From: a bacterium
GTDB lineage: Bacteria > UBA8248 > JACPRG01 > G963555815
Reading direction: 5' to 3'
Assembly: GCA_963555815.3 (NCBI GenBank)
Contig: CAUVWX020000001.1
Coordinates: 640,001 to 704,000 of the forward strand
DNA: 64,000 nucleotides
Shown: positions 49,002 to 58,724 of the stretch, piece after piece
Numbering within the stretch: position 1 is the stretch's first letter
Layout of the letters: every line of letters starts with the position of its first letter
The notes under the pieces: generated by a model
Seen by the model: only the letters and a program-made list of their open reading frames with translations
Database searches by the model: none
What the model was told of the DNA's origin: nothing
Translations under genes and position numbers: made by a program

Positions 49002-50753
49002 TTAAGCGGGCGCGAACCCGAGCCGCTTCCTCTGGGCTTCCCAACTGAGCGGCAGACGGGTGTTTCTCATGAGCTTTTCGGCGGTCAGCTCGGGCGGTTG
49101 CTGCCCGGCGACGATGGCGGTGGCGATGTCCGGGGCGAGGTAGCTCAGCCGCAGCAACCGGGTGACATAGGAGGGTGAGACGCCTTCGACCTCGGCGATC
49201 CGTTGCAGGGTGAGATCGGGGTTTTGCTCCAATCGATCCTGGATGGCGAAGGCGCGCAACAGCAGCCGGATCAGGCCCGGGGCGCACTTGGCATTGTTGC
49301 GGGCGCCGGGGACGACTAGTTTCATGCCCGTGCCAGCGCGCTTAAGGGCGATTGGAATATCCAGGATGATCGGATGTTTGGCTGGCTGAGCGTCCTGCCT
49401 CGATCTTTTTATTGAGACGACGTCCGGTCCTGCCAGGAGGGTGGCCAGGGCCCGCTCGCCGTCGATCTCGATCACGACGCGGGCGGACTCGACGATCACC
49501 CGCCGGAGAAGCGCATTGAGATAGGCCTTGGCCTGGTGCGGTTTCAGCTCAGGCCACCGGTCCGCGAGCGATTGCGCCTGGGTGATCAAGCTGGCATGAG
49601 CCGATGCCTCTTGAGGGTCTCCATCGATGACAGCGCTGATCGCGGCCGCATCAGCGAGCCAGTCCCTGAGACGGACAGTAACGAGGCCTTCGAGATCCGC
49701 CGCCGGGAGGCGCCACCCCTTGCGGCCGGGTCGCTTGCCCTCGAGGATGAGATGGCGGGAGACGTAGTAGCGATAGCGCCGTCCCTTCTTGACGGCATGG
49801 CTGGGTGAGAGGCCCTCGCCCTGCTCGTCAACGACCAGGCCCGTCAGCAGGCTCGGTTGCCGGGTCCCTTCTCGGCGCTCGCCGTTCGTGTTGGCGGCCA
49901 GGGTGGCTTGAACCTCATCCCACAGCGCTTCATCGACAATGGCCTCATGCTGGCCGGGATAGGCCTTGTCCTTGTGGACCATCTCGCCCCGGTAGAGGCG
50001 ATTGTGGAGCAGGTGATACAGCGCCCCGCGGTTGATGGGTTTGCCGCCGACAATACTGCCGTCGCGCCTCACTCGCCGCTTGCTGGTGACGCCTTCGGCG
50101 GCGAGCCGGTCGCGCAGTTCACGCACGGATTCGATTTCCCGGTACTGGCGGATGATAGACCGGACCGTTTCGGCCTCGGCCTTGTTGACGATGAGCTTTT
50201 TGTCCTTCACATCGTAGCCCAAGGGCGGGTTGCCGCCCATCCACATTCCCTTCTTCTTCGAGGCGGCGATCTTGTCGCGGATGCGTTCGCCCGTGACCTC
50301 GCGCTCGAACTGGGCGAAGGAGAGCAGGACGTTCAAGGTCAGACGCCCCATCGAGGTGGTGGTGTTGAACTGCTGGGTGACGGAGACGAACGAGACGTCC
50401 TTTCGGTCGAAGATCTCCACAAGCCGGGCAAAATCCGACAGCGTCCGGGTCAGCCGGTCGACCTTGTAGACGACGATCGTGTCGATCCGCCCGACCTTGA
50501 CATCGGCGAGCAGGCGTTGCAACGCCGGGCGCTCCAGGGTGGCGCCGGAGACGCCGCCATCGTCGTAACAGGTGGGCAGCACGATCCAGCCCTCGTGCTT
50601 CTGGCTCGCGATATAGGCCTCGCAGGCCTCCCGCTGCGCCTGCAGCGAGTTGAAGTCCTGCTCAAGGCCTTCTTCGGAGGATTTGCGGGTGTAGATGGCG
50701 CAGCGCACCGTGGCCAGACTCCTCGCCCGTGGTGATTTCCGATGCTCAGCCAT
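49002..50753 (-). CDS. large serine recombinase
   Basis: RCAIYTRKSSEEGL, YKVDRLTR, LSFAQFERE, WMGGNPPLGY, recombinase domain; start MAEHRK at 50753. Confidence 0.93.
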   Translation of the reverse strand: MAEHRKSPRARSLATVRCAIYTRKSSEEGLEQDFNSLQAQREACEAYIASQKHEGWIVLPTCYDDGGVSGATLERPALQRLLADVKVGRIDTIVVYKVDRLTRTLSDFARLVEIFDRKDVSFVSVTQQFNTTTSMGRLTLNVLLSFAQFEREVTGERIRDKIAASKKKGMWMGGNPPLGYDVKDKKLIVNKAEAETVRSIIRQYREIESVRELRDRLAAEGVTSKRRVRRDGSIVGGKPINRGALYHLLHNRLYRGEMVHKDKAYPGQHEAIVDEALWDEVQATLAANTNGERREGTRQPSLLTGLVVDEQGEGLSPSHAVKKGRRYRYYVSRHLILEGKRPGRKGWRLPAADLEGLVTVRLRDWLADAAAISAVIDGDPQEASAHASLITQAQSLADRWPELKPHQAKAYLNALLRRVIVESARVVIEIDGERALATLLAGPDVVSIKRSRQDAQPAKHPIILDIPIALKRAGTGMKLVVPGARNNAKCAPGLIRLLLRAFAIQDRLEQNPDLTLQRIAEVEGVSPSYVTRLLRLSYLAPDIATAIVAGQQPPELTAEKLMRNTRLPLSWEAQRKRLGFAPA

Positions 50754-51204
50754 GGTCCGCCGCCGATGCGATCTCGTCTGAAGGCCGCAGGCCGAAGAAG
50801 CGGGGACCGGACCAGTGCGCACCGGTGATCCGTTGGGCGATAGCGGTCAAGGAACCATAGGCCTCCCCGTCGTAATTGAAGCCGTCTTCGGTCGCGGTGA
50901 CGACATGGGTCCGGCCCTGCCATTCGCGCACCAGCCGTGTGCCGGGGCGCACCTTGGTGCCGTTGTCGGGGGCGACCCGGCCGGTCTCGGAGAAGGCTTT
51001 GGCCAGGGTCCGGAGACGCCGCTGCGTCGCACGGCTTAAGCCGCCATACACTTGCTCCTGGCGCTTGTAGGCGATCCCCCGGATAAGCAGGTCCCGGCTG
51101 AGCCGCCGGGGCGGGGGCGCCCGGTGATGGCGGCGCCATTCATCGCGCAGCGCCGGCAGGTCCATCTCCTGGATCTCGGTCATTTGGGTCTCGATCGTCG
51201 GCAT
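50746..51204 (-). CDS. DUF2924 family protein
   Basis: AYKRQEQVYGGL, PGTRLVREWQG, SLTAIAQRITGAHWSGPRFFGL; directly upstream of the recombinase. Confidence 0.85.
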   Translation of the reverse strand: MPTIETQMTEIQEMDLPALRDEWRRHHRAPPPRRLSRDLLIRGIAYKRQEQVYGGLSRATQRRLRTLAKAFSETGRVAPDNGTKVRPGTRLVREWQGRTHVVTATEDGFNYDGEAYGSLTAIAQRITGAHWSGPRFFGLRPSDEIASAADHG

Positions 51205-51848
51205 CTTGTGGCCTCCTCCGGGCAGGCTCGTCATCGATGATTGCCGCCCGGGTCACCTCCATTGACGCTCCGTTGCCCGGTGGAAGTCCAGTCCGAAAGC
51301 GAATTTATCAGGCTCGTGCAAAAAGGGAGGGCGTCTCTGTGTGGTGAAGCGGCTCATGAGCGTTCAATGTCGTCCGTTCGCAGGCTGTAAGCTTTTACGA
51401 ACGGCTCCGTCGATGAATCTCGCGGCGGCCACTGTTGGCCCCCTCAATGCAGTCATCGCGACTGAAACAGGGAGCCGCATATGTTAGCGTCATCTTCGGG
51501 GTAACAAGTATGGGAGTCACGGTGGGGATCCGTCGGTGCCTGCGTTGCCGGTCCCACTGCCAGCGCAGAAACTGCGTGGAACGGCCTCGAAGGCATGTTC
51601 GTCTGGTATCTCGGACCTCGAACGGGGGCTAAGTGCGCACGATACGCGTTTCAGGTACCTTGCCGCGGCCACCTCACCGCTGCGGCCGTTGCGGTGGCTG
51701 CCACCCCAGAAACCGGCGGCGAGGCCCCCACCCAACCCCGCTCGAAGTCCGCCTGCGTCCAGTCGCCGCACATCGGGCGGCACCGAGACCCAGCACCCGC
51801 AGGACATCCGGCTTCGTCACCAGCTCGGCGGGCGGCGTTCCAAGTCCA

Positions 51849-52238
51849 TCACGCTGTCTCCCCTTCCGCGATCAACTCCCGCAGGCCGCGCAGGTCCTCG
51901 TCGGTCAGCGGGGACAGGTCGGGCCGGGTCTCTTTAGGTACGTGTTTTTCCAGCTTCTCGGGCACGTGTTTATCGATCAACTGGAGCAGCTTGATCTGAT
52001 CGTTCATCGACCCGTGGAGCGCTTTCGAGACCAGGCTTTCCACCAGCGCCTCGAACACGGTCACCCGCCGCGTCCTGCCGTTCTCGCGGAGAGTCACCTT
52101 GCGGTCGATCACTTCCCGGATCACCGAGCGCTTGTTCCTGCGGCCCCTGGGCCGGCCCGCCGGGTTGCCCGACCGGCCTGGCTGGAACCGGTTCCGCTCC
52201 GGCGGTTTGCCGTAGCCGATCTCGTAGTCGTCCATCAT
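51849..52238 (-). CDS. DUF5681 family protein (terminase small subunit-like)
   Basis: YEIGYGKPPERNRFQPGRSGNPAGRPRG. Confidence 0.8.
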   Translation of the reverse strand: MMDDYEIGYGKPPERNRFQPGRSGNPAGRPRGRRNKRSVIREVIDRKVTLRENGRTRRVTVFEALVESLVSKALHGSMNDQIKLLQLIDKHVPEKLEKHVPKETRPDLSPLTDEDLRGLRELIAEGETA

Positions 52239-53602
52239 GGCGATTCCCGTTCGAGCTCGGCCAACGTCCGTCCGCTTTCGGTCTGCACCGGCTCCTGGCC
52301 TGTGAAGTCCCGGAAGCGCTTAAGCGTCGCGTCGACGTATTTCGGGTCGAGTTCGAGGCCGAAGCCGCGCCGGCCCGACCGCTCCGCCGCGAGCAGCGTG
52401 GTGCCCGAGCCGGAGAAGGCATCGAGCACGATGCCGCCGCGCCTCGAGCAGTCCAGGATGGCGTCTTCGACCAGCGCCACCGGCTTGACTGTCGGGTGCA
52501 TGGCCAGCTCGGCGTCGCGGTCCGCGCCGAAGGCGTTGACGCCGGCATAGTCCCATACATTGGTGCGGTAGCGCCCGTGCGCCCCCAGCGCGACGTTGTT
52601 GATGTGTGGCCCCCGCCCGGCCTTGAACACGGCGACTAGCTCGTGCTTGGAGCGGTACAGCGATCCCATCCCGCCGTTGGTCTTGTTCCAGACGCAGAGG
52701 TTCTTCAACTCCTCGTAGACCTTCCGTCCCGCCGTCAGCAGCTCGAACAGATGCCGCCAGTCCATGCACACGAAGTGGATGGCGCCGTCGTTGCTGTGCA
52801 ACGCGAGTTGGCGGAGCACCGTCTCGAGAAACGCCGTGAACTCCGCTTCCGACATCTCGCCCGCGGCCATGGCGAATTCCCCATGGCGCGCCCGGCCCCG
52901 GCCGCAGACATGGCCGTCGATGGGCACGTTGTAGGGCGGGTCGGTGAACACCATCTGGGCGATCTTGCCGTCCAGCAGGCGGTCATAGGCACCCGTCCGG
53001 GCCGCATCCGCGCACAACAGCCGGTGCCGGCCGAGCCGCCACAGATCACCGGGCCGGGTGATCGGCGCCGTGTCGTCGATCGCGGGCAACCGGTCGGCAT
53101 CGTCCTCGCTCCCGGCGCCGCTCAGTCCGGCGATCAGCGTATCGATCTCGGCCGTCTCGAAGCCCGTGATCTCGATGTCGAAGTCGAGGTCGATGGTCGT
53201 GAGCGTTTGCAGCTCAATCGCCAGGAGTTCCTCGTCCCAGCCCGCCAGCTCCGCCAGCCGGTTGTCGGCGATGAGGTACGCCCGCTTCTGCGCCTCGTTC
53301 AGGTCGCCAATGCAAATCGTGGGCACCTGGGACAGCCCGAGCCGCTTCGCCGCCTCAAGCCGGGCGTGCCCGGCCATCACCTGGCCGCGCTCGTCGACCA
53401 GGATCGGGTTGGTGAAGCCGAACGTGCGGATGCTGTCGGCGATCCGCCGGATCTGGCGTTCGGAATGCGTGCGCGGATTGCGCGCGTCGGGCTGGAGGGC
53501 CAATATCGACTGATAGGTGATCGACGGCCGGCTGTGGGCGCAATCGGACGTCGAGCGCGTCGGGGTTTCCGCTTTCGCTGTTTCCTTCATCAAAAACCTC
53601 AA
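52235..53602 (-). CDS. ParB-like N-terminus + N6/N4 DNA methyltransferase
   Basis: SIRTFGFTNPIL, AGHARLEAA, FTDPPYNV, HPTVKP, DAFSGSGTT. Confidence 0.9.
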   Translation of the reverse strand: MRFLMKETAKAETPTRSTSDCAHSRPSITYQSILALQPDARNPRTHSERQIRRIADSIRTFGFTNPILVDERGQVMAGHARLEAAKRLGLSQVPTICIGDLNEAQKRAYLIADNRLAELAGWDEELLAIELQTLTTIDLDFDIEITGFETAEIDTLIAGLSGAGSEDDADRLPAIDDTAPITRPGDLWRLGRHRLLCADAARTGAYDRLLDGKIAQMVFTDPPYNVPIDGHVCGRGRARHGEFAMAAGEMSEAEFTAFLETVLRQLALHSNDGAIHFVCMDWRHLFELLTAGRKVYEELKNLCVWNKTNGGMGSLYRSKHELVAVFKAGRGPHINNVALGAHGRYRTNVWDYAGVNAFGADRDAELAMHPTVKPVALVEDAILDCSRRGGIVLDAFSGSGTTLLAAERSGRRGFGLELDPKYVDATLKRFRDFTGQEPVQTESGRTLAELERESP

Positions 53603-53905
53603 TCGAGATCTATTAACATCCTAGAATTAGCTGCCGGTGCGCGACATCGCCGAGGATCCACCGAAGGATTGGACAGGGTTGACCAACGGTGGAGGAACCG
53701 CTCTCGTGAAGCGAAGTCGCATGGCGATAACATACCGGCTCTTGAAAGCTTTACTGTTGGACCTGATCGGTTCCAGTGCAGGATTTTTTTGGCGCATTTG
53801 GCAAAACCCTCGGGTCATAAGCGGACCATTCGGGGAGTCTAGTCACCGCTCGGCGGATTATCGAACTGATGATTCCGGCGGTAATGTTCGTTACGGCTCC
53901 AATGT

Positions 53906-54493
53906 TCATTTCGCCTTTTTCAACCGGGCAGTTATTTCATTTACGTCCCGTTTCATTTTCAGCCAGACGCTCAAGACCCCTTTGTAGGTCCGTCCCAATT
54001 CCTTTGCGACCGCATCGCAAGCCGAATGCCCCACGGAGGCGTCGTTGCGCGTCGCCGTCATCCCACGGCTGACCAGTTCGATGATCGCCTCCCAAATGAG
54101 CAGGTTTCGATGGTAGAGGCCTGATTTACTTGGACCCGTTTTCCGCTTCGGCGGCTCTATGTTGTCAGTCAGCACGTCGGCAATGAAAAGGCGCAAACCG
54201 TCCGCGAGCGGCACGTTGTTGCGCAGAAGGCACCCCGCGAAGACACACAGGGCATCCCACCACTCGCGATCCTGGTGGGCGAGTTTGATGTATTCCGCCA
54301 ACAGGCTGGGCAATAGGTCCGGTTTGCCCAAAGCCACAATAGCCAATTCCGAGCGCACCGGCCCGGCCGAAGTCACCGGTCCATCCCAGAGTGCCTCCCC
54401 GGACGGGTGGCCCGTCACAACCATGTGATCAGCTAAAGAGAGGTAAGCGCGAGCGATTTTCCTCGCGTCCTCGAACGTTATCGGCTCCGTCAT
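53906..54493 (-). CDS. hypothetical protein
   Basis: 195 aa ORF with plausible composition; possible C-terminal HTH. Confidence 0.55.
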   Translation of the reverse strand: MTEPITFEDARKIARAYLSLADHMVVTGHPSGEALWDGPVTSAGPVRSELAIVALGKPDLLPSLLAEYIKLAHQDREWWDALCVFAGCLLRNNVPLADGLRLFIADVLTDNIEPPKRKTGPSKSGLYHRNLLIWEAIIELVSRGMTATRNDASVGHSACDAVAKELGRTYKGVLSVWLKMKRDVNEITARLKKAK

Positions 54494-54526
54494 GGTCCCA
54501 CCATCGCGATACGGTGCAGCCTAGCA

Positions 54527-54792
54527 AAGCCTACAGACAATCCTTTCATCGAAGCCTTCAACAGTCACTTCCGAGCCGAGTGTCTCAATCAACACTGGTT
54601 CCCAGACCTGAAGGACGCCACAATGAAGATCAACGATTGGCGGCAGGACTACAATCAGATCCGACCCCATGGAGCCATCGGCAATCGGGTGCCAATGGAC
54701 CTCCTGAAACCGACCGATCCGCCAGGGCGAATCGGTCCAAAATAACCGGATCTCTGACCTCTCAAGTGGCCCAAGTCTCGGGTAGCAGACCA
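54527..54792 (+). pseudogene. 3' remnant of an IS3-family element
   Basis: Manual translation KPTDNPFIEAFNSHFRAECLNQHWF...WRQDYNQIRPHGAIGNRVP (integrase core C-terminus), stop 54743-54745, probable end ...GACCA. Confidence 0.8.
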
Positions 54793-54986
54793 TCAACGGG
54801 CAATACTCACCTTGGGGGTGGATCTATTTTTGGGAGGAGATTAGTTGTTCTTGGTGTCGGACTCCTCCGCGACCCCGTCCACGCACGCTCCGTAGCAGTA
54901 ATTTCAGGGGTCCATGGGGCCGTCCGAATTGGAGTGGGTAGTCGTTATTCGATCCGTAGGGCATTGTCACGTTAATCGTGTTGGGC

Positions 54987-56099
54987 GGCATTGGTGCATG
55001 AATCGGCGTAAGCGGGCACGCTAGCATCGGCGGAGGGATCCGGTCCATTATGGAGATCAAGGGGGCAACGTCATGGCCGCAGGGAAGTCGAGCCGAATCA
55101 ACCGCCAGTACAAGGCGAAGTACAGAATCCGGAACTGGAGGGAGTACGAGCGTGGCCTCAGGAGCCGCGGGGACGTCACGATCTGGCTGAGCGAGGATGC
55201 GATTGCCGCGTGGATACCACCGAAGAACGGTCTCCGCGGAGGGCAGCGTCGATACTCGAACCTCGCGATCCGGACCGCGTTGACGCTGCGGGTCGTCTTC
55301 GGCCTACCGCTTCGCCAGACGGAGGGGTTCCTGGACTCGCTGCTCAGCTTGATGGAGCCGCGACCTCAAGGCCCCGGACCACACCACCCTCTCGCGCCGG
55401 AACCAAATTGTTGTGGTGCCGCCCCTGACCCGAGCCCACGACGGCCCGATCGACCTGATCGTTGATTCCACAGGGCTGAAGATTCTGGGTCGCGGCGAAT
55501 GGAACGCGCACAAGTACAAGGCATTAAAGAAACGCCGGGATTGGCGGAAGCTGCACATCGGGGTGGATGCGGAGGGGTTCATTGTGGCGGCCGAGCTCAC
55601 AGCGAGCAGCCGGGACGACGCCTCCACACTCCCTGATCTTCTCGCCCCGCTCGAGGTTCCCATCCGGCGTTTCACGGCGGACGGGGCCTCCGACCACAGA
55701 TCGGTCTACGATCGGGCCAGCGCGGCCGGTACAGAGAACGTCGTGATTGTGATCCCCCCTCGTCGCTCTGCGCTGTCGGCGGTGCCCACCGACGGCCCCT
55801 GGGCGCAGCGTGACACGGCTCTTGAGAGGATTCGCAAGGTCGGGCGACGGGAGTGGCAGAAGGAGTCGGGCTACCGACAGCAGGCGCGCGTTGAGAACAG
55901 CTTCTTCCGATACAAGTCCATGTTCGGAGGCGACCTGAAGGCGAGGCACAGCAAGGCGCAACGCAGAGAAGCCGCGATCGGGTGTCACATCCTCAACCGG
56001 ATGGCCGAGCGCGGTAGGCCATCGTCGTACGCTCTTGGTAGGTGATGGACCTGTGAGTCGGGTTCGTTGCGGGCCAGTTCCGATTCATGCACCAACGCC
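54987..56099 (+). mobile_element. IS5-family (IS903-group-like) insertion sequence
   Basis: TIRs GGCATTGGTGCATGAATCG / CGATTCATGCACCAACGCC (18/19 match); no target duplication seen. Confidence 0.88.
55073..56045 (+). pseudogene. frameshifted IS5-family transposase
   Basis: YRIRNWREYERGLRSRGDVTIW...LPLRQTEGF, frameshift near 55355-55362, then PDHTTLSRR, VDSTGLK, WRKLHIGVD, VENSFFRYK. Confidence 0.85.
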
Positions 56100-56126
56100 A
56101 GAGTAGTCCGATAAAGGCGCTCATCT

Positions 56127-58724
56127 TCATATCTCAAACACCTTCAGCACCTCGTCGCCATAGTGGTTGATGACCTTCACGGCGAACTTGCCCGTTTCAG
56201 GCTTGTCGAACGGCCGGCTCACCGTCTTGTACAGACTGCTCCAGGCTACTTCGTCGATCTCCGCCTGTAGCGCTTGTTTGAGCTTGTCATATGGTGCTTC
56301 GGCCCCTGTGAAGTAGGCGTGGTGCACGAAGAAGCTCTCGCCGTTGTAATTGGTATCTATGAACCAGCAGGCGATGTCGTCGGTGGAGGCGCTACGAATC
56401 TGCCCGGTGGTCGGGTCGTAGACATCGACGCCCTTGATCGTGGCGACGAGCTGGCCGTTCTTCTGCTTCTTGATGTCCATATCTGGCTCGCCGAAGACCA
56501 TGAAGAGGTTGCCGGCACCTGTCTTTTTGAGCAGTTCGTCGCCCATCGCCAGGTCGGGGTTCATCTTGGTGGGTAGGACGGTCAGCTTGCCGTAGCGCTT
56601 CACCTCTTCGGCGACGTGCGGGTCGAAGGCGAAGCCACAAACGATCAACATGTCAAAGTCTATGCCCTGCACCGCTTCCTTGGCAGCTTCCTTCACCTGC
56701 TGCGGGCTGACAGTGCCGTGTTCAGGGCCGATAGAGACAGCAACGCGCCGAGTCTTGCCGACAGCGTCGGTGCATTCACCCGTCGCGTGCAGCCATGTGC
56801 CGGCGTAGGGGTCAAGGCGGTCGAAGGCGAGGCGTTCGTCTTTGCGGGTGTTCTGCACGCCCGCCTTCTTGAGATTGTCCAAGACCATCGTCGCGAAGTC
56901 CTGCTGCTTGCGGGCTTCCTGTTCAGTGACAGTGCCGTTGTGATGTTCGTCGGCGGTAGAGAGCACTCGATGCGGCGAAAGGCTCTCCACCGAGAACGGC
57001 CCGCACACCCGCACGCGCTTGTTATCCTCGTAGGTCTGGTCGTAGAGCATTGCCGTCTCGGCCTGGCGGGCGACGACGACGCCGATCTGCTCGCGCGTCA
57101 TGCCTTCCTTGATATCCGGGTTGTTAGCGATGGATCCGAGCGTCAAGTGCGGAACACGCTTATATACAAAGCCCTTGCGTATGTCACCTCCGGTCTTGTA
57201 TTCGGGCGGTATCTTGCCGGTCAGTCTGGCTTCCTTCTTAATACCTTCGGGTGAGTCGGCCAGCAAGTAGTACGGGTACCTCGCGGCCATCATACGGGTA
57301 CGCGCCAGCGCTAGGGCGATGCGGCTGGTGTCACAGGTGATCCAGCGCCGCCCCCGCTGCTCGGCGACGTAGGCGGTCGTGCCACTGCCGCAGGTCGGGT
57401 CGAGCACCAAGTCGCCGGGGTCGGTGGTCATCAGTAGGCAGCGCTCGACGACTTTCGTACTGGTTTGGACGACATACTCCTTATCAGTGGCCCCCTGCGT
57501 GTCCATCCACATATGGCTAATTTCTTGGACCGGATAATCATCAAAGTACAGTTTGTAGCGGAGGGAATTGCCTGTAAAGAATAGCCGGTTAGCTATGAGC
57601 AGTTTTTGCATTCCTTCGAGATTCGTCTTCCAACTTTTGCCGCCAGATGGAAAGAACTTCTGGCCAGCGAACTCGAATTCGAAGACGCACGATTCTGTAC
57701 GTCCTGACGAAGTGAGGTTCATTGATTGGAAGAGTCTTCCACCTGGAGGGACAGTGCCATCGTCACCTAATTTGGCACGGGATAGACACTTGCCCGAAGG
57801 CAGTTCAACATATCCATAGTCTCCGGCGTTCGAATCGTTACGGCTCGTAAATAACCTTTTGAATTTTGTCTGCTTGGAGTCCTTCCCGTACCACATGAGG
57901 TAATCGCACATCGTAAAAATATACGTCTCGCCGAGCGGCATCTTTTTTCTGAAAGCGATATTGGCAATGAAGTTCTCACTCCCAAATACTTCATCCAGCA
58001 CGCAGCGCACTAGATGCACGTTCTCATCACCAATTTGCACGAAGACGCTGCCGGTCTCTGTGAGAAGGCTCCGAGCCACCACCAACCGGTCACGCAGGTA
58101 CGCCAGGTAAGAGTGAATGCCCAGCCTCCAAGTATCACGGAACGCGCGTACCTGTTCAGGCTGGCGCGTAGCGTCCTCGGCCCTGTCCCTAACCTCGCGC
58201 TTGCGGGTGCTCACCTGCCAGTTGGAGCCGAACTTGATGCCATAGGGCGGATCGAGGTAAATGGTCTGCACCTTGCCCTTGAGGCCTTCCTTCTCGGCCA
58301 GAGAGGTCATCACCAACAGCGAATCGCCCAGGATGAGTCGGTTGGACCAGTTCTGCTTGTGGTGGTAAAAGTCGATCTTCTGCGCGAAGTCAGCCGGGCC
58401 GCCGTTGAAGTCGGCGAAGAGGCTCGTCTGGTCACCGCCGGGCTGCTCAGTGCGAGGCAACGCGTCAATGATAGCCTGCGGGTGAATCTTTTCCTGGATG
58501 TAGATCGGCACCACGGGGACGGCGAGATCTTCCCGGTCCTGTTCGTCCTTTCCCTTCCAGACCAGTTGTGGGTCGAGGGAAGAATCGCGCGGGTAGAGCA
58601 TTGTTTTTGGGGCAAGTTCTTCGTCGGCAACGAAGTCGCGCAGTTCCTCTGTGGGAATATTGGCGCGCTTATCTTTGTGCCGGATGGATTCGACTATCTT
58701 GCGAGTGTTCTTTTTCTTAGCCAT
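56127..58724 (-). CDS. type III-like R-M DNA methyltransferase (Mod)
   Basis: 865 aa; YLDPPYGIKF (motif IV), DPTCGSGTT (motif I); overlaps the Res stop. Confidence 0.9.
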   Translation of the reverse strand: MAKKKNTRKIVESIRHKDKRANIPTEELRDFVADEELAPKTMLYPRDSSLDPQLVWKGKDEQDREDLAVPVVPIYIQEKIHPQAIIDALPRTEQPGGDQTSLFADFNGGPADFAQKIDFYHHKQNWSNRLILGDSLLVMTSLAEKEGLKGKVQTIYLDPPYGIKFGSNWQVSTRKREVRDRAEDATRQPEQVRAFRDTWRLGIHSYLAYLRDRLVVARSLLTETGSVFVQIGDENVHLVRCVLDEVFGSENFIANIAFRKKMPLGETYIFTMCDYLMWYGKDSKQTKFKRLFTSRNDSNAGDYGYVELPSGKCLSRAKLGDDGTVPPGGRLFQSMNLTSSGRTESCVFEFEFAGQKFFPSGGKSWKTNLEGMQKLLIANRLFFTGNSLRYKLYFDDYPVQEISHMWMDTQGATDKEYVVQTSTKVVERCLLMTTDPGDLVLDPTCGSGTTAYVAEQRGRRWITCDTSRIALALARTRMMAARYPYYLLADSPEGIKKEARLTGKIPPEYKTGGDIRKGFVYKRVPHLTLGSIANNPDIKEGMTREQIGVVVARQAETAMLYDQTYEDNKRVRVCGPFSVESLSPHRVLSTADEHHNGTVTEQEARKQQDFATMVLDNLKKAGVQNTRKDERLAFDRLDPYAGTWLHATGECTDAVGKTRRVAVSIGPEHGTVSPQQVKEAAKEAVQGIDFDMLIVCGFAFDPHVAEEVKRYGKLTVLPTKMNPDLAMGDELLKKTGAGNLFMVFGEPDMDIKKQKNGQLVATIKGVDVYDPTTGQIRSASTDDIACWFIDTNYNGESFFVHHAYFTGAEAPYDKLKQALQAEIDEVAWSSLYKTVSRPFDKPETGKFAVKVINHYGDEVLKVFEI

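Noticed and set aside
54978..56108. Target-site duplication for the IS5-family element
   Set aside because: Flanks differ (GTGTTGGGC versus AGAGTAGTC).
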